DNA of 64,000 nt from Cladosporium halotolerans (Eukaryota): contig NW_027191495.1 of NCBI RefSeq assembly GCF_011745625.1, forward strand, positions 62,001 to 126,000. The letters are read 5' to 3'. Made by a program: the position numbers and the translations under genes. Below are positions 1-11,938 of the stretch, one piece after another. Every line of letters starts with the position of its first letter. Position 1 is the stretch's first letter. The notes under the pieces are model-generated. The model made no database searches. It was not told the origin of the DNA and worked only from the letters and a program-made list of their open reading frames with translations.

Positions 1-1483
1 GGGCGGGGTGCGCAGACATTCCCTGTCGACAATCTGTCATTATTCAAGAGTCGCGAAAGCACGCAGGCGACCGTTGGCGGGCCGGTGCAAGTGGCAATGG
101 ATGTCGTTGCCGAGGCTATGTTTAGCACAAAGTTGGGCGCATACCAAACTGAGGCGAGTCCGGCTCGCGCGTGGTGCAACGCTGATCACCTCGACCGCTG
201 TCGTGCTACCAGGACCTGAAGAAACGTTACTCGGTTGCTGGACGTGTGGACTTGGAACGTCATGTTAGGTCATGTATTATGGTTTCCGGGAGTCCCGATC
301 CTGGCCCTTGTACCACGGAGACGCCTCGTATCGATGCTACCTTGCTAGCACGGCTTTTAGTCGCAGCGCATGATCACCTTCAAATTATATCTCGAGTGGC
401 CGAAGCGTACACATGAATCGTGAGTGTACTTGTTCAATGGAGTAAGATCGTTCCCAAGCCTCGCTCGGTATGTACGGCAATGCTCGACCTCGTATAGCTC
501 AGCTTCCGTTGACCGACTCGCCACAATGGAAGTGATAGTAATGCTGCGTTAGAACGATCTGAGCGTGGACATGTGAGGGACTTGACGAGGCGAGCTGCAT
601 ACGCGATACACCAGTGCCGTTGTCCTCCGTTGCACATGGATAGTTTTGACTTCTGACCGATGCGAATTATGTGCAGGCAAGATCGCTCACTCCATGTACA
701 GCTTCATTTACCATCGAACTTGTTGTCGTCGTTCTGATGGATCCTCCGAATATGCAGGGCGGCAAGGGAAGGATCGGCTAAAGCGAAGGCTGCGGCTGCA
801 ACCTCCCGTGCCGAAGCCGCAGCCGAAGCGCGGCCGGCCGCGTGCGCTCCTTTGTCTTTGTCTTCAGCTGCCTTTGTCATGCTCACACCCACCACACACC
901 TTCCCATTACCATCATCATCACCATCACATTCGTGCACATCGAGAGAGAATTGCCACTTTCCTCTCTGCTCAGTGAGTCAGTAAACAATACTGCCGGCGA
1001 CTGCAGTCCGAACGCACGACCGCGACCGAGCGACGAGGGCGAAGGTTAGGGACATCGGAGGCGCTGGGAATACGTGCAGAAAGAAAGCCTGCAAGCAAGA
1101 CAGAACAAAGGAGAAGACAAAACAGGCGGTTGGAAGCAGGAAGCTGTCGCACACTGACCCACAGATTGTCCCTATTGTCACAGACAGAGACTTCTGAAAT
1201 TGAAAAGACGAGCCTTGTTACTTGCAGGCCTTTGAGAATACCGTGCGCCTTTGGCCATAATACAAAGGCATCAGAGCTCTCGCTGTACATTACTTGCTCT
1301 TCCCTCGTATACTATACTCCCTACTTGCACTGAGGACATCCACCCGCGCGCATCCTGACCATTCACTACGACAACTTGCATCGACTGAGCGCCTGCACTT
1401 TGAACAGGACACCTCTGGAAACAGATTAGGCCACTTGGTACCCGGGCGTGACGAGCGAAAGTCCGCCTGACAAATACAGAAAG

Positions 1484-3519
1484 ATGTCTTCTTCCATTTT
1501 CTTCAAGTTCAAGTCACAGAAAGAGCCCTCTCAAATAACATTTGATGGCACTAGCTTGTCTGTATTTGAAGTGAAGCGCGACATCATCGCCCTCTCTAAG
1601 CTCGGAGATGGTACGGACTTCGATCTCGAAATCAACACATCCGACACCAATGAGCGTGAGTATCTATAGCGTTCCTCCACGCATTCTTTGAAGTAAGGCT
1701 AACACGTGGTCAGGTTATGATGATGATACCGTACAAATTCCACGGTCGACCACAGTCATCGCGCGCCGCCTTCCGGCCACGAAGCCGGGCGCAGGCAGAG
1801 CGGCGAGATACGTGTCGGGCAAGATGCCCGTGAATGCTAAGAACCAGCATCGCGTCGAGACTCTGCGCGGAGACTCCAACAAAGCAACTCCCATGGCGGG
1901 CGGTGCTGCCGCCAACGGCAAGCCCATGACTGAGGAGGAGAAGTTACAGGCTATGTTCAGTGAGAACAAGGCGTCCTGGGCGGCCGACCAGGCAGACATT
2001 GCTGCGTAGGTTTTGAACCTGTACCTCGTTCACCTTGAATTTACACTGACTCTATTATAGTAAGGGTGTTAACAACAGACCGTTCTTCCCTAAGCAGGCG
2101 GCAGTCCCGGATAAGCCACCGCCACCTGGCTACATCTGCCACCGCTGTGGCGAGAAAGGCCACTGGATTCAAGCATGCCCCACGAACACTGATCCTAACT
2201 ATGATGGTCGCCCTAAATTCAGGCGAACCACTGGTATTCCTCGCTCGTTCTTGAAAGTCATCGAGAAACCCGAGGCTGTCGATGAGAATGGCAAGATTGA
2301 TGTCTCTCAGCTGCCAGCCGGCGCCATGTACACAGCCAACGGCGAGTGGGTGATCGCGAGACCCGATGAAGCATCGTGGGACAAGTTCCAAGCGACACAA
2401 AAAGTAGCGGCCGATCAGGCCAAAGAACTTGAAGCCGACAAGGAAATCATGCGTGCTCGTGGACTTGAGTGCTCGATAGATCATAAGATGTTCTCCGATC
2501 CAGTCAAGACTCCGTGCTGCGGTCAAATCTATTGCCGTACTTGCATCGAGAATTCGCTCATCGATTCTGACTTTGTTTGTCCGAATTGTGGCGAGCAATG
2601 CCTGCTTGAAAGCCTTGAGTCTGCGACCGAGATCGCGGACAAGGTGAAGGCATTCCAGGAGGAGATGAAGGCTGAGAAGCAAAAGAAGCAAACCGAAGAA
2701 GCCAACAAGAAGAGTCCTTCCGCGCCACCGGAATCTCCTGGCAAGTCGCCTAAGCCAGCTGACTCGCCTAGTGGGTCTGCGAATGGCAAGAAGCGCTCTG
2801 CCGAAGAAGAACTTGAGAACGACCACAAGCCCAGTGGTCCTAGTGAGATGAGGCGTACCGGGTCTAAGGAAGCCACTCCTTCACAGGCCAACGCCACTAG
2901 CACGCCTACCCAGCCTGCTCAGCCCGCCAAGCCTGCCATGCCCATGGCGAAGAACATGCAAGACTTCGTCGCCCAGATGAACAGCATGGCCGGCATGTCT
3001 GGAATGCCTAATGTGGCTGGTATGCCCGGTGGTATGAACCCCATGATGAACCCTATGATGGGCATGAATCCCATGATGATGGGTGGAGCCGGTGGCATGA
3101 ACCCTATGATGAATCCCATGATGGGTGGTCCCATGGGCATGGGCGGCAACATGAACGGCGGCTTTGGCTTTGGAGGTCAGCAGGGCTTCGGCGGACCCAA
3201 CGGTGGACCGCCCGCCGGCCCCAGAGCCTGGCAACAACAGCAACAGCAGCATTGGGGCGGTATGAACAACGGCATGAACAACGGCATGAACAACGGCATG
3301 AACAACGGCATGAGAGGCATGGGTGGCATGGGTGGCATGGGTGGCATGGGTGGCATGGGTGGCATGGGTGGCATGGGTGGCATGGGTGGCATGGGTGGCA
3401 CGCCTCAAGGCCCTGCTGCTGACGGCAGCGCGTACTTTCGCCAGCCGGTCAACCCGGGCAGGGCGCAGAACCGCGGGCGCAGGCAGCGCAGCGTGGACTA
3501 CAAGCAAATGGGCCAGTGA
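1484..3519 (+). CDS. MPE1: mRNA cleavage/polyadenylation factor Mpe1 (RBBP6 family): DWNN/UBL domain, zinc knuckle, RING-like domain; 3 exons (approx. 1484-1655, 1714-2005, 2061-3519)
   Basis: MSSSIFFKFKSQKEP DWNN start; PPPGYICHRCGEKGHWIQACPTN zinc knuckle; CSIDH..TPCCGQIYCRTCIE..CPNC RING; GT-AG introns keep the frame. Confidence 0.93.
3262..3396 (+). repeat. Coding tandem repeats: (ATGAACAACGGC)x4 at 3262-3309 and (GGCATGGGT)x9 at 3316-3396
   Basis: Read directly; encode MNNG and GMG repeats in the Mpe1 tail. Confidence 0.95.
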
Positions 3520-4350
3520 ACGTGTTTGGATTCGGCATGGATGTGCTTTGAACGTGGTGAACTGCATGAATGAGGCGTGGCATTGAACTTTAGCGATGGC
3601 GTTGGTTGAGGGCACTGGTCTTGCGACGGGCAGGCTGGGATTGCATCATCATGGGTGCGATACGTGTTTGTCTCTTCTTTTTTTGTGTATGCCTCAAATT
3701 GGGCTTGGTGACCGAAGGGTGTTGTTGAGTCACTACTCTCGTATAAGTATACCAATCACAACCTTGACATTGAAACTGAGGCGATCCACCTTTGTTCCTT
3801 TCCTCTTCCCAATCATCTACCGCCTTTATACTCTGAACGAGTGATTCGTTCTGCTTGAATTGGCTGCCCAGTGGACCACAAGTGACGTAGAGCACATGCT
3901 TTGGGTAATCATAAGTGAGGTTACACGCGGATGACACCAATCAGCAGCCGCCGCCTGATCTTCACATGCGACCAGCGCTAATTACCACGTCATTCGACCT
4001 GAAATAGCTCTTTCGAGTCGCTGCTATACAAAATCTTCTATTGTCCACGAAACGGACCGCACGTAAGCGATCACGCAGCAAAACAACTGCCCGCGGGGTG
4101 TTGAGCAATTGTTTGCTACGTCAGAGCAACTATTCAGTACGAGGCTCTACCCCATCACAATAGGATCTGTTCATACAAGCAGCCGAGTAACTACCAGTGT
4201 CTCTGACAACAATATTGAACATTCATACCGCTTATATACGCCCACTCAGTTACCCTCCGGCGAGAGAAGAAAGAAACCCCATTCAAGGACGAGAAATTGA
4301 AAACCGCGAGCCCAGCTTCTCGATCACCAATCTCAATCACGGTCGTCACG

Positions 4351-5295
4351 ATGTCTGGCCTGATAGTCATACCTGATGTCCCCGGAACTACTTCCCCTCG
4401 ATTCCAACGAGCTCAAAGCGTACCTCTCCGCCGGAGAAGTTCCTACGGTTACGAGAACGGACAAGTCTTTGACACGAGAGCCAAAGGAGGATTGAAGAGG
4501 GCACTAGAGCATGTAGATGGCCAGCAGCAAGCTCAGCAGGGAAAGGTGCAAGGCAGACCCAATAAGATCCCGAGGCTCTCGAATCGCAAGCCAGTATCCA
4601 ACTCGATGAAGGCCCAAGTGATAGACTTGACAACGCCTTCTCCGCCGCCCGAACCTCAACCCCAAATGTCCTACCTACACCGACTCCCCGCCGAGCTCCG
4701 CAATCGAATCTACCGCCACATCGGCCTGCGCTCGGCTCGCCTCGATCTCTGCGAAATTGAAGAACCCGCCCTGACAGTCGCGATCCTTGACCTCCGCGAC
4801 GAGCTGCACTCCATCATCTTCGCCGAGAACAAGCTCCGCGTGAACGTCTACACAGACCATCGCACGCGCAACCACCACATCCCTCCCCCGCTGCGCAGAG
4901 CGCACAAAGACGGCATCCCGGTTGGCGCAGTCGCGCTCGAGCAAAGCAGCTGGGTCCGCAAAGTCGAACCGCGCTTCGTGGCCATCAAGCACATCTGCTT
5001 CCACGTCAAGGAGACGAACGAAGAGAATCTGTGCGACTTTTTCATCAACGTGCGCGGCGGGCACGGGGAGGCTCAGGTTTCGGGCCGGATGCTCGTGTTC
5101 GTGTCGACGCGTCAGAAAGCCCAGCTTGCGCCTCTTGCTGATCTGGCGAGGGCGAGGGCTAGGGACTACGCGAAGCGGAAGGGGTTCGAGGGCTTTTCGT
5201 GGGAGGAGGTCGAGGGGATTGCGGCGAGCTTTGTTTCGGTTGAGGATGCTAGTAGTAGGTTCACTAAGAAGTGTGGTAAAATTGAGCTAGTTTGA
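4351..5295 (+). CDS. Hypothetical protein with F-box-like motif
   Basis: Single long ORF with codon bias; SYLHRLPAELRNRIYRHI motif typical of fungal F-box-like proteins. Confidence 0.7.
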   Translation: MSGLIVIPDVPGTTSPRFQRAQSVPLRRRSSYGYENGQVFDTRAKGGLKRALEHVDGQQQAQQGKVQGRPNKIPRLSNRKPVSNSMKAQVIDLTTPSPPPEPQPQMSYLHRLPAELRNRIYRHIGLRSARLDLCEIEEPALTVAILDLRDELHSIIFAENKLRVNVYTDHRTRNHHIPPPLRRAHKDGIPVGAVALEQSSWVRKVEPRFVAIKHICFHVKETNEENLCDFFINVRGGHGEAQVSGRMLVFVSTRQKAQLAPLADLARARARDYAKRKGFEGFSWEEVEGIAASFVSVEDASSRFTKKCGKIELV

Positions 5296-5894
5296 GGCTT
5301 TGGAAGGAATCAGCACAGGTAAGGCGGGATTTGGGTGGGCTCTTTGATGTCCGGACATTGGAAGCACGGTTGGGTTCGGAAGAATGCTCTGATGGAAGTG
5401 TTTCTTGTGGTACTCCGATGGGTGTTGAATGCAATGTGAGAAGCAATACCCCTCTTAATTATTTCGGAAGCAGAAAATGAAATAATGCATCCTTGTTTGA
5501 GGATCGAGAAGTTCCCTTCGTAATTCCCTCCTGCCTTTACGGAACGAATGGCTTGTAGAAAGGGCAGTGTGGTCGTCCCATTAACGGATCAGTGTTCGCG
5601 TCCGGCGTTTCTCAGATCGCGCGGGCATAGTGCGTGCGCAAAAGAATGCCAGCGACTGAAATCAGCAGCAAATCGACGCTGGTATGGAAATTCAATGTCT
5701 CTGTACGCGCACTCTCAGTCTCTCGGTGGCGGTGAGAGTCTTGTCCGGGAAAGTTCGCGAGTCTCTAGGACCAGACTGAACGCCAGGAGATCGCTGCCGA
5801 TACGGTCTGAGACTTGCCAGGCTTTGTAAACATCCATCCAAGATCTATAGCGTGGCTCCAAGCGTTATCACAGGTTCAGGAAGGGCGTCTTGCA

Positions 5895-6314
5895 CTACTT
5901 GGTCTTCTTAGACTTCAGCTTCTCCCAAGGATCTTCCAAAAAGCTAGGAAGAAAGTAGGCTACGTCGCCGCGCTCATTGCGGACACCACGTCTCAGCGCT
6001 TGGAGACTCATCGTGGATTCATCCGCGAGCGTAATGTTGTCGCGCGTTGGGCCTTGTCTCGTTGTCAGCATGCATAGAGTATTGCCGTGGTGTTGACGAA
6101 ACAAACCTAATCCCTCAGCACGCTGGCGCGTAGCATCAGATATCGGCCCGTGGCTGTCTGACTCCGTATTGTGCTGTGGCTCTTCCATTGCCGATGGATT
6201 CTGGTTTGCGCGAGTGACCGCCTCGTCGGCGTCCAATTTGCGCTTCTTCGACGGGCCACCAAAGGATGAGAATCCCATCGCGGCCGCGATCTCCGGGTCA
6301 ATTTCCATCTCCAT
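5895..6314 (-). CDS. Small conserved fungal protein (IAAAMGFSSFG ... YFLPSFLEDPW); probable intron 6053-6106
   Basis: ATG at 6314; AMGFSSFG and LRRGVRNERGDVAYFLPSFLEDPW blocks; GTTTGT..GCTGAC..AAG intron signals. Confidence 0.75.
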   Translation of the reverse strand: MEMEIDPEIAAAMGFSSFGGPSKKRKLDADEAVTRANQNPSAMEEPQHNTESDSHGPISDATRQRAEGLGLFRQHHGNTLCMLTTRQGPTRDNITLADESTMSLQALRRGVRNERGDVAYFLPSFLEDPWEKLKSKKTK

Positions 6315-6532
6315 TGTGTGTTTGGAAACTGGGTGGCGAATTTCGGTGTCGATGTCGATGAGTGATTGGTTCCGAAGTCGATGGTGGATGGTTGGAGTCC
6401 GCGTTTGACGTTCTGGTGAAGCCAAAGCCGGGAAGTGGGGGTTACCAGATCCTTGTGGGCAAACTACGAGAACATTTTGCGGATTCATAACAAGGGATCA
6501 CAGCCATTTCATTCGTGAATATATCTAGGTAT

Positions 6533-7955
6533 CTAATACTTTGGCCTCGACGGAATGGTCTTCATCTGATCCGCCGGGTGGCCCTCGATACCAAACAAGT
6601 TGTAGATCCACTTGATGATCACGAAGAAGCTCTCCGGCTCTCCCATGTGCTTCCTGTCTTCGATGAACCTGGCCTCCTTCGGTGCTCCATGGCGCAAACA
6701 GAGCTCATAGTCATCAATGGGAAAGATCTCATCACCGACCCCGTTCACCAGGAGGAGCCTCGCGCACTCGGGCTTGTCGAGGGTGCCATCGTTCAGAAGC
6801 GAGAATTTCGATGTCTCCTTCTTGAACTTCTCCAAGTCATTGCCATAGCCCCACTTATAGGCCAGCGTATTGGCAAGATCGAACGGGTACTCGAGCGTGT
6901 TGACGCTGCTGAGCCATCTCTCGTCAAACATGTAATGGCAACCACCGCCGTGCGCAACTACGCCTGCAACCCTCTTCGCGTGGGTGTGAGCGAGGCGAAT
7001 CGCATAGTAGCCACCTGTGCTGAACGCCCAGACTGCGACTCTCTTGTGATCAACCTCAGGCTGCTCGTCAATCCAGTCGAGTAAGCTGGACCACTCCCTG
7101 TCGGGTGAAGTGGGGTCCGTAGGCTCAGCAGGGGAATCTCCAGTGCCTGGAATCTCAAGAACAACGACGCCGACTCCTTTCTGCGACCAGCCCTCGATCC
7201 AGACTGCGAGCTCGGTGCGGTAGCCATCAAGGCCAGTGAAAATGATCATCAGCGGCACCGGCTTATCTTTGGTGGTGCCAGGTGGCAAGTGGTAGTAGAA
7301 TGGAATTTCCTTGCCTTCGTTTTGAAGGCCGTGCTTGTGAGGGATGGTGACCTCCTGTGTCGGTCGTTCGCGCAGAGCCAGGCCTTTGCGAGCTGCATTC
7401 TTGCCTTCTGTCCAGGCATGTCGCTGTTTCTCCGAACGGGGTGCAGGGAACCTCGAGATGCGGTAAATGGCTGAGCCTCGCCTGTTACGATTAGCATAGG
7501 CTCAGCGGAGCGGTTTTTTGTTACTACACACAAGTAGAGCTCAGAGGCCTTCTCCTTGTTGCCTTCTTGCTCGGCCTTCTCAGCCGCTGCAACCAATTCC
7601 TCTGCCTTCGGGAAGAAAGCTTGCGCGTAGTTGTCCCAGTCATACGGTGGCTTTTGGCCCTCCTATCACATCAAGGATCAACATTGCCTACCCATAATCT
7701 CGAGGCAGTTGCCTGAAGCTTACCTTAACGAGTCTCTCAACCACGGGCTCGAAGTCTTTCACAGAGCCAAACATGAAAGGATACACTCCCATGGTACACT
7801 TTCTTTGGCATTAGTGCGGCTATTCCCGGTGATAGACAAGTGGTATTTACCGGCTGCTTCCACTTTGTCTCCCATAGCTGCTGGAAACTTTCGTGATGCG
7901 GTGCAACAGAGCCGAGCTTGTCTTGGACAAAGAACTGTCCGTTCGGCGCTGCCAT
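6533..7955 (-). CDS. ayg1: Ayg1/Yg1-type polyketide-shortening alpha/beta hydrolase (DHN-melanin pathway), multi-exon
   Basis: PHHESFQQLWETKWK, GVYPFMFG, TGLDGYRTE, WAFSTGGYYA nucleophile elbow, HMGEP catalytic His. Confidence 0.88.
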
Positions 7956-8368
7956 GATGCGAGTCAAATGTGCTTATAGTATGATCTCTTTGGTAATTAC
8001 GCTTTACGGGGACAGAGCAGATAAGAAAGTTGTATCGTGGAGAGTGAATATGAAAACAAGAAGAGATACGATAGCCTACCGCATAATAATGGCTCCCGTA
8101 GCTTCGGACTTGCGTTACACCTCGCGTTTCGGACGTGGTGGTTGGAAGCCGAAGGCCGTCCGTCCGTGGGGTTGCCGATTGCTGTGACTTCTATTATCAT
8201 AGAGGACACGCTAATGCGCTAAAAGCTGGGCCCTTACCCTTGTCGTCTCCGGTGGGGTGAAATCGAGCGGGCCCTGGCGACGATCATCAATTCACAGCTT
8301 GGTGGGTGTGTGTCTTGGGCGTGTAACGAAGAACAACAGCAAACTCAACACAGAGCACTTTCGAAGCC

Positions 8369-8938
8369 ATGGCGGAACTGACTAATGTCGGCAACATCTT
8401 CCGTAACCTGATGGGCACTTGGAAGCTCAGGAGAACACTGAACAGCGCTCTACCTGGCTTTCCATCCGGCACCTTCGAAGGCACAGCGACTTTCGTGCCG
8501 CGTAAGCCCACCGCTCATTCTGTTACCGCAGAGCTGCTGTACCACGAGGAAGGCGAGTTGAAGACCGACAATGGCTTTACTCTCAAGGCCAACCGGAAGT
8601 ACATCTATCGATACACGCAGGATGAGGACAAGATGAGCGCCTGGTTCGTCAAAGAGGATACCAAAGACAAGCGCGGAAAGGAAGAGGTGGATTACCTGTT
8701 TCATGACATTGAGATGGAGGACGAGAAGACCGCGATTGCTGGACGTGGAGAGCACCTCTGCAGCATGGATATGTACTGGGCATATTACGAGTTCAGAATG
8801 CCCAAAGTCACCGAGGCGCGTGACGCCGAGGACGAGGACGATGAGGATGAGCCTGAGATGAACATCTGGGGACTGCGATACAAAGTCAAGGGCCCTCAGA
8901 AGGACTACTCAAGCGACACGGCCTATGAGAGGGCGTAA
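8369..8938 (+). CDS. DUF6314-like protein
   Basis: 189-aa ORF; GTWKLRRTL..PSGTFEGTATF, LLYHEEG, YLFHDI, HLCSMDMY, VKGPQKDY pattern. Confidence 0.75.
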   Translation: MAELTNVGNIFRNLMGTWKLRRTLNSALPGFPSGTFEGTATFVPRKPTAHSVTAELLYHEEGELKTDNGFTLKANRKYIYRYTQDEDKMSAWFVKEDTKDKRGKEEVDYLFHDIEMEDEKTAIAGRGEHLCSMDMYWAYYEFRMPKVTEARDAEDEDDEDEPEMNIWGLRYKVKGPQKDYSSDTAYERA

Positions 8939-9136
8939 ATTTTGCTCCCTCATGCAAATGCGCTGCCTCCCAAGCACATGAGAACTCATTCACTATGCAG
9001 TAACAATGGTGTATGAGCGACAATTGTCCAAGCCGGATCTTAATTTTGCTGCATCATAGGTACGACCTTGATCTCACCGGCTCCGTCTACATATTCCAGT
9101 GGCGGACGCTGGCTGCGGTAGCCAACATTCACGCCG

Positions 9137-10384
9137 ATGGTTTCAGCGCTGGAAGACCTGCTGTTACGCCATAGTCACAGTCGAGCATGCATCAGATCAA
9201 AGCTTTTCGGATATCTCCACGGCCCGTCACTGCGCGCACTGCGCCTTACTTCGAGAGCCCTGCATGACCTGGTCGACCACTACCCAGATCGGTTGTTTGG
9301 GCGACTCTTCGTTGCAGCTCCGTGGCTAGACGACCGCGACATCGTATCAGTGAAGGCTGTCGCTACCTATTGTCGGACTCTTGAGATTACGGTGGGCTAT
9401 CCTGTGTACCGCAACGAGCAACGTCAGCGTCGTGTGCTAGTCAAAAGACAACCGGCGAACCAAGCATCTGGCCACACAGAGCAGCCTGTTTCCGCTCGCG
9501 AGAGATGGCGGAACCTTCGAAAAGCGCTGACAGACCCTACTGGGCGTACATCAATGAGGGCGACATCATCACCGAGCAATCGCGATTCGGCCATGACAAA
9601 GTCTACAGACTCTCCTGAACGAGCTGATTCTGGTCACATGTCAGAACCACTAGAGCCATCGGTCTGGATTTGCATTCTCTCCAAATTCCAACAAGTCCGA
9701 GTCATCACTCTCAAAGTCAATGGTGATCCTAGCTGGCCAGGGCGTACTGAGGTGGAAAACACCCTGGTCACTCTTCGAGTGGCGCTCGAGATGGCACAGC
9801 TGCCACACCTTCGTGATTTTCACCTGAAGCCCATTCATGCAATGGGCATCATACATCTTCGCTGGTCAGGCTTTGGGGCTTTCGGCACTGCACCCGCCAG
9901 CTCTTGTGACCTCTGGAGAAACTTGCACACACTGAACGTGCAGCTCAAAAATCCCTATCTCTCGGATCGCAAGCTGAGTGAGAGCCAGCAGACAATGTTC
10001 ACAAAGATTCTGCACGACTATCTGCGCAGCTTTGCAACTACGCTAAAGTGCCTCCGCTTCATCTGGATCGGCGGCGACGGTCCCAGCCCGATCACGCTCG
10101 ATCTGGAACCTGCATTGCATGACCACCGGAAGGCTATCACCTGGGCTGCACTGGAGGAAGTATGGCTAGGTAACATTGAGCTGCCCCAGCGCACGATTAC
10201 GCTGTTGCCAAACCGCGTTACGAAGCCGGGCGTACGCCTGAAGATGCTCAGGAGCATACATAGGTACTCTTCGGAGGCATGGAAAGACGATGAATCATGG
10301 GTGAATGTTCTCCTTAAGTGCGAGTCGCACGGAATGAAGCGAGAGGATGTTCGCAGTCAGTCGAGCAGCTTATATAGCCAGTGA
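9137..10384 (+). CDS. Hypothetical protein with N-terminal F-box-like helix
   Basis: 415-aa uninterrupted ORF; LFGYLHGPSLRALRLTSRALHDLV segment. Confidence 0.7.
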   Translation: MVSALEDLLLRHSHSRACIRSKLFGYLHGPSLRALRLTSRALHDLVDHYPDRLFGRLFVAAPWLDDRDIVSVKAVATYCRTLEITVGYPVYRNEQRQRRVLVKRQPANQASGHTEQPVSARERWRNLRKALTDPTGRTSMRATSSPSNRDSAMTKSTDSPERADSGHMSEPLEPSVWICILSKFQQVRVITLKVNGDPSWPGRTEVENTLVTLRVALEMAQLPHLRDFHLKPIHAMGIIHLRWSGFGAFGTAPASSCDLWRNLHTLNVQLKNPYLSDRKLSESQQTMFTKILHDYLRSFATTLKCLRFIWIGGDGPSPITLDLEPALHDHRKAITWAALEEVWLGNIELPQRTITLLPNRVTKPGVRLKMLRSIHRYSSEAWKDDESWVNVLLKCESHGMKREDVRSQSSSLYSQ

Positions 10385-10938
10385 TCGTTGGTGGTATCTC
10401 GATGGCAGCAAATTTTTTGCCCCCCATTCTAGGCCTTGATGAAGATTTCAGTGCATGGAATTGGTATCTTTATGAGGAATGGAAAATTCAGTAAATGTTT
10501 CACTACCTAGGTATTTTCCGAGTCTGCCATCCTTCAAGCAGCGATAAAAGGGATCAATGCTTGCAAAAGTCTATTTGCACTAGCAGCTTTCTCAATCGTG
10601 GCAGCAAGGTCATGCACCACTTTACTAGGGAACGACGTGTGCAATGTGTCGATGTGGCGATATACATCGATTTCGTTCATCTTACTGCATATCGAGTATT
10701 ACTGCTATTATTGTCCTCCGCATACAATGAGCATGCGCAAGTGCCCGCATGCAAGTCAGTGTTCTGGGCTTGGCGCTGCCTCAGGCTGCAAGCGCGCCCT
10801 CCCGTCGTTAGCAAGCCAAGCCAAGACTTCCCGCCCACGCTCCCGTGTGCCTCTTCGAATTTGCTAGTTTGTGAACGACGACTTGCCCGTGAGCAGTAAC
10901 GACCATCGACAACCCATCAGCACTAACCAACAGGCAAG

Positions 10939-11938
10939 ATGTGAGTACCGCCCAGCTGCTCTTCCCGACGAAGAAAAATACACACACCACGAAAACCGCC
11001 TGCATCCGCACCGCACACGCACCTCGAATCCCACACCCGCCGCAAAACCTACACCCCGCCCGTCAAGAACACCACCACGCACAATGGCTCGGTCGGAGGA
11101 ACACAGCGTACTAATACGATCTCTTTTTTCAGGGTCAACCTCCGCACCCAGAAGCGCCTGGCGAGCGCCGTCGCCGGCTGCGGTAAGCGCAAGATCTGGC
11201 TCGACCCGAACGAGGTCAACGAGATCTCCAACGCCAACTCCCGTGCCACCGTCCGCAAGCTCATTGCCGATGGCCTGATCATCCGCAAGCCGGTCACCAC
11301 CCACTCGCGCTCCCGCGCCCGCGAGCTCACCGCCGCCCGTCGCATCGGCAGACACCGTGGCTTCGGTAAGAGGAAGGGTACCGCCGACGCTCGTATGCCT
11401 AGGTCAGTCACATCACCTATTCTGGAGGGAAGGAAGGGGAGGCAACGAGGGTTGGAGATTCTGGAGAATGAAGAGAGGAATCATGGGATTTTTTGAGTTG
11501 GGGATGTGTTGGAATTGTGGCTGACAATTCCTACAGCCAGATCATGTGGATGCGCCGTCTCCGTGTCCTGCGCCGCCTGTTGGTCAAGTACCGTGCCGCC
11601 GGCAAGATCGACAAGCACCTCTACCACGAGCTCTACCACCTGAGCAAGGGTAACACCTTCAAGCACAAGCGTGCCCTTGTTGAGCACGTAAGTTTCGCCC
11701 GTCACGTGATAGAGTCTTGGCCAGCACCGATAGCTGCAAAGACACCCAAATTACGAATCACATCTGACAATCACTCCAGATCCACAAGGCCAAGGCTGAG
11801 GCCGCCCGTGAGCACAAGCTCAAGGAGGAGATGGACGCCAAGCGCGCGAAGACCAAGGCTGCCCGCGAGAGGAGACAGGAGCGCGTGCAGAACAAGCGTT
11901 CTGCTCTCGCTGGCGAGGACGAGGAGGCGACCCAGTAG
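10939..11938 (+). CDS. RPL19: 60S ribosomal protein L19 (eL19); exons 10939-10940, 11133-11402, 11537-11687, 11780-11938
   Basis: Spliced [28 protein letters not shown]..., [35 protein letters not shown]. Confidence 0.96.

Noticed and set aside
1..1440. Short ORFs and CAT/CAC-rich tract upstream of MPE1
   Set aside because: No spliceable gene model or motif found; treated as intergenic
3262..3396. Regular repeats resembling an array
   Set aside because: Coding minisatellite with no spacers in a eukaryotic gene; not CRISPR
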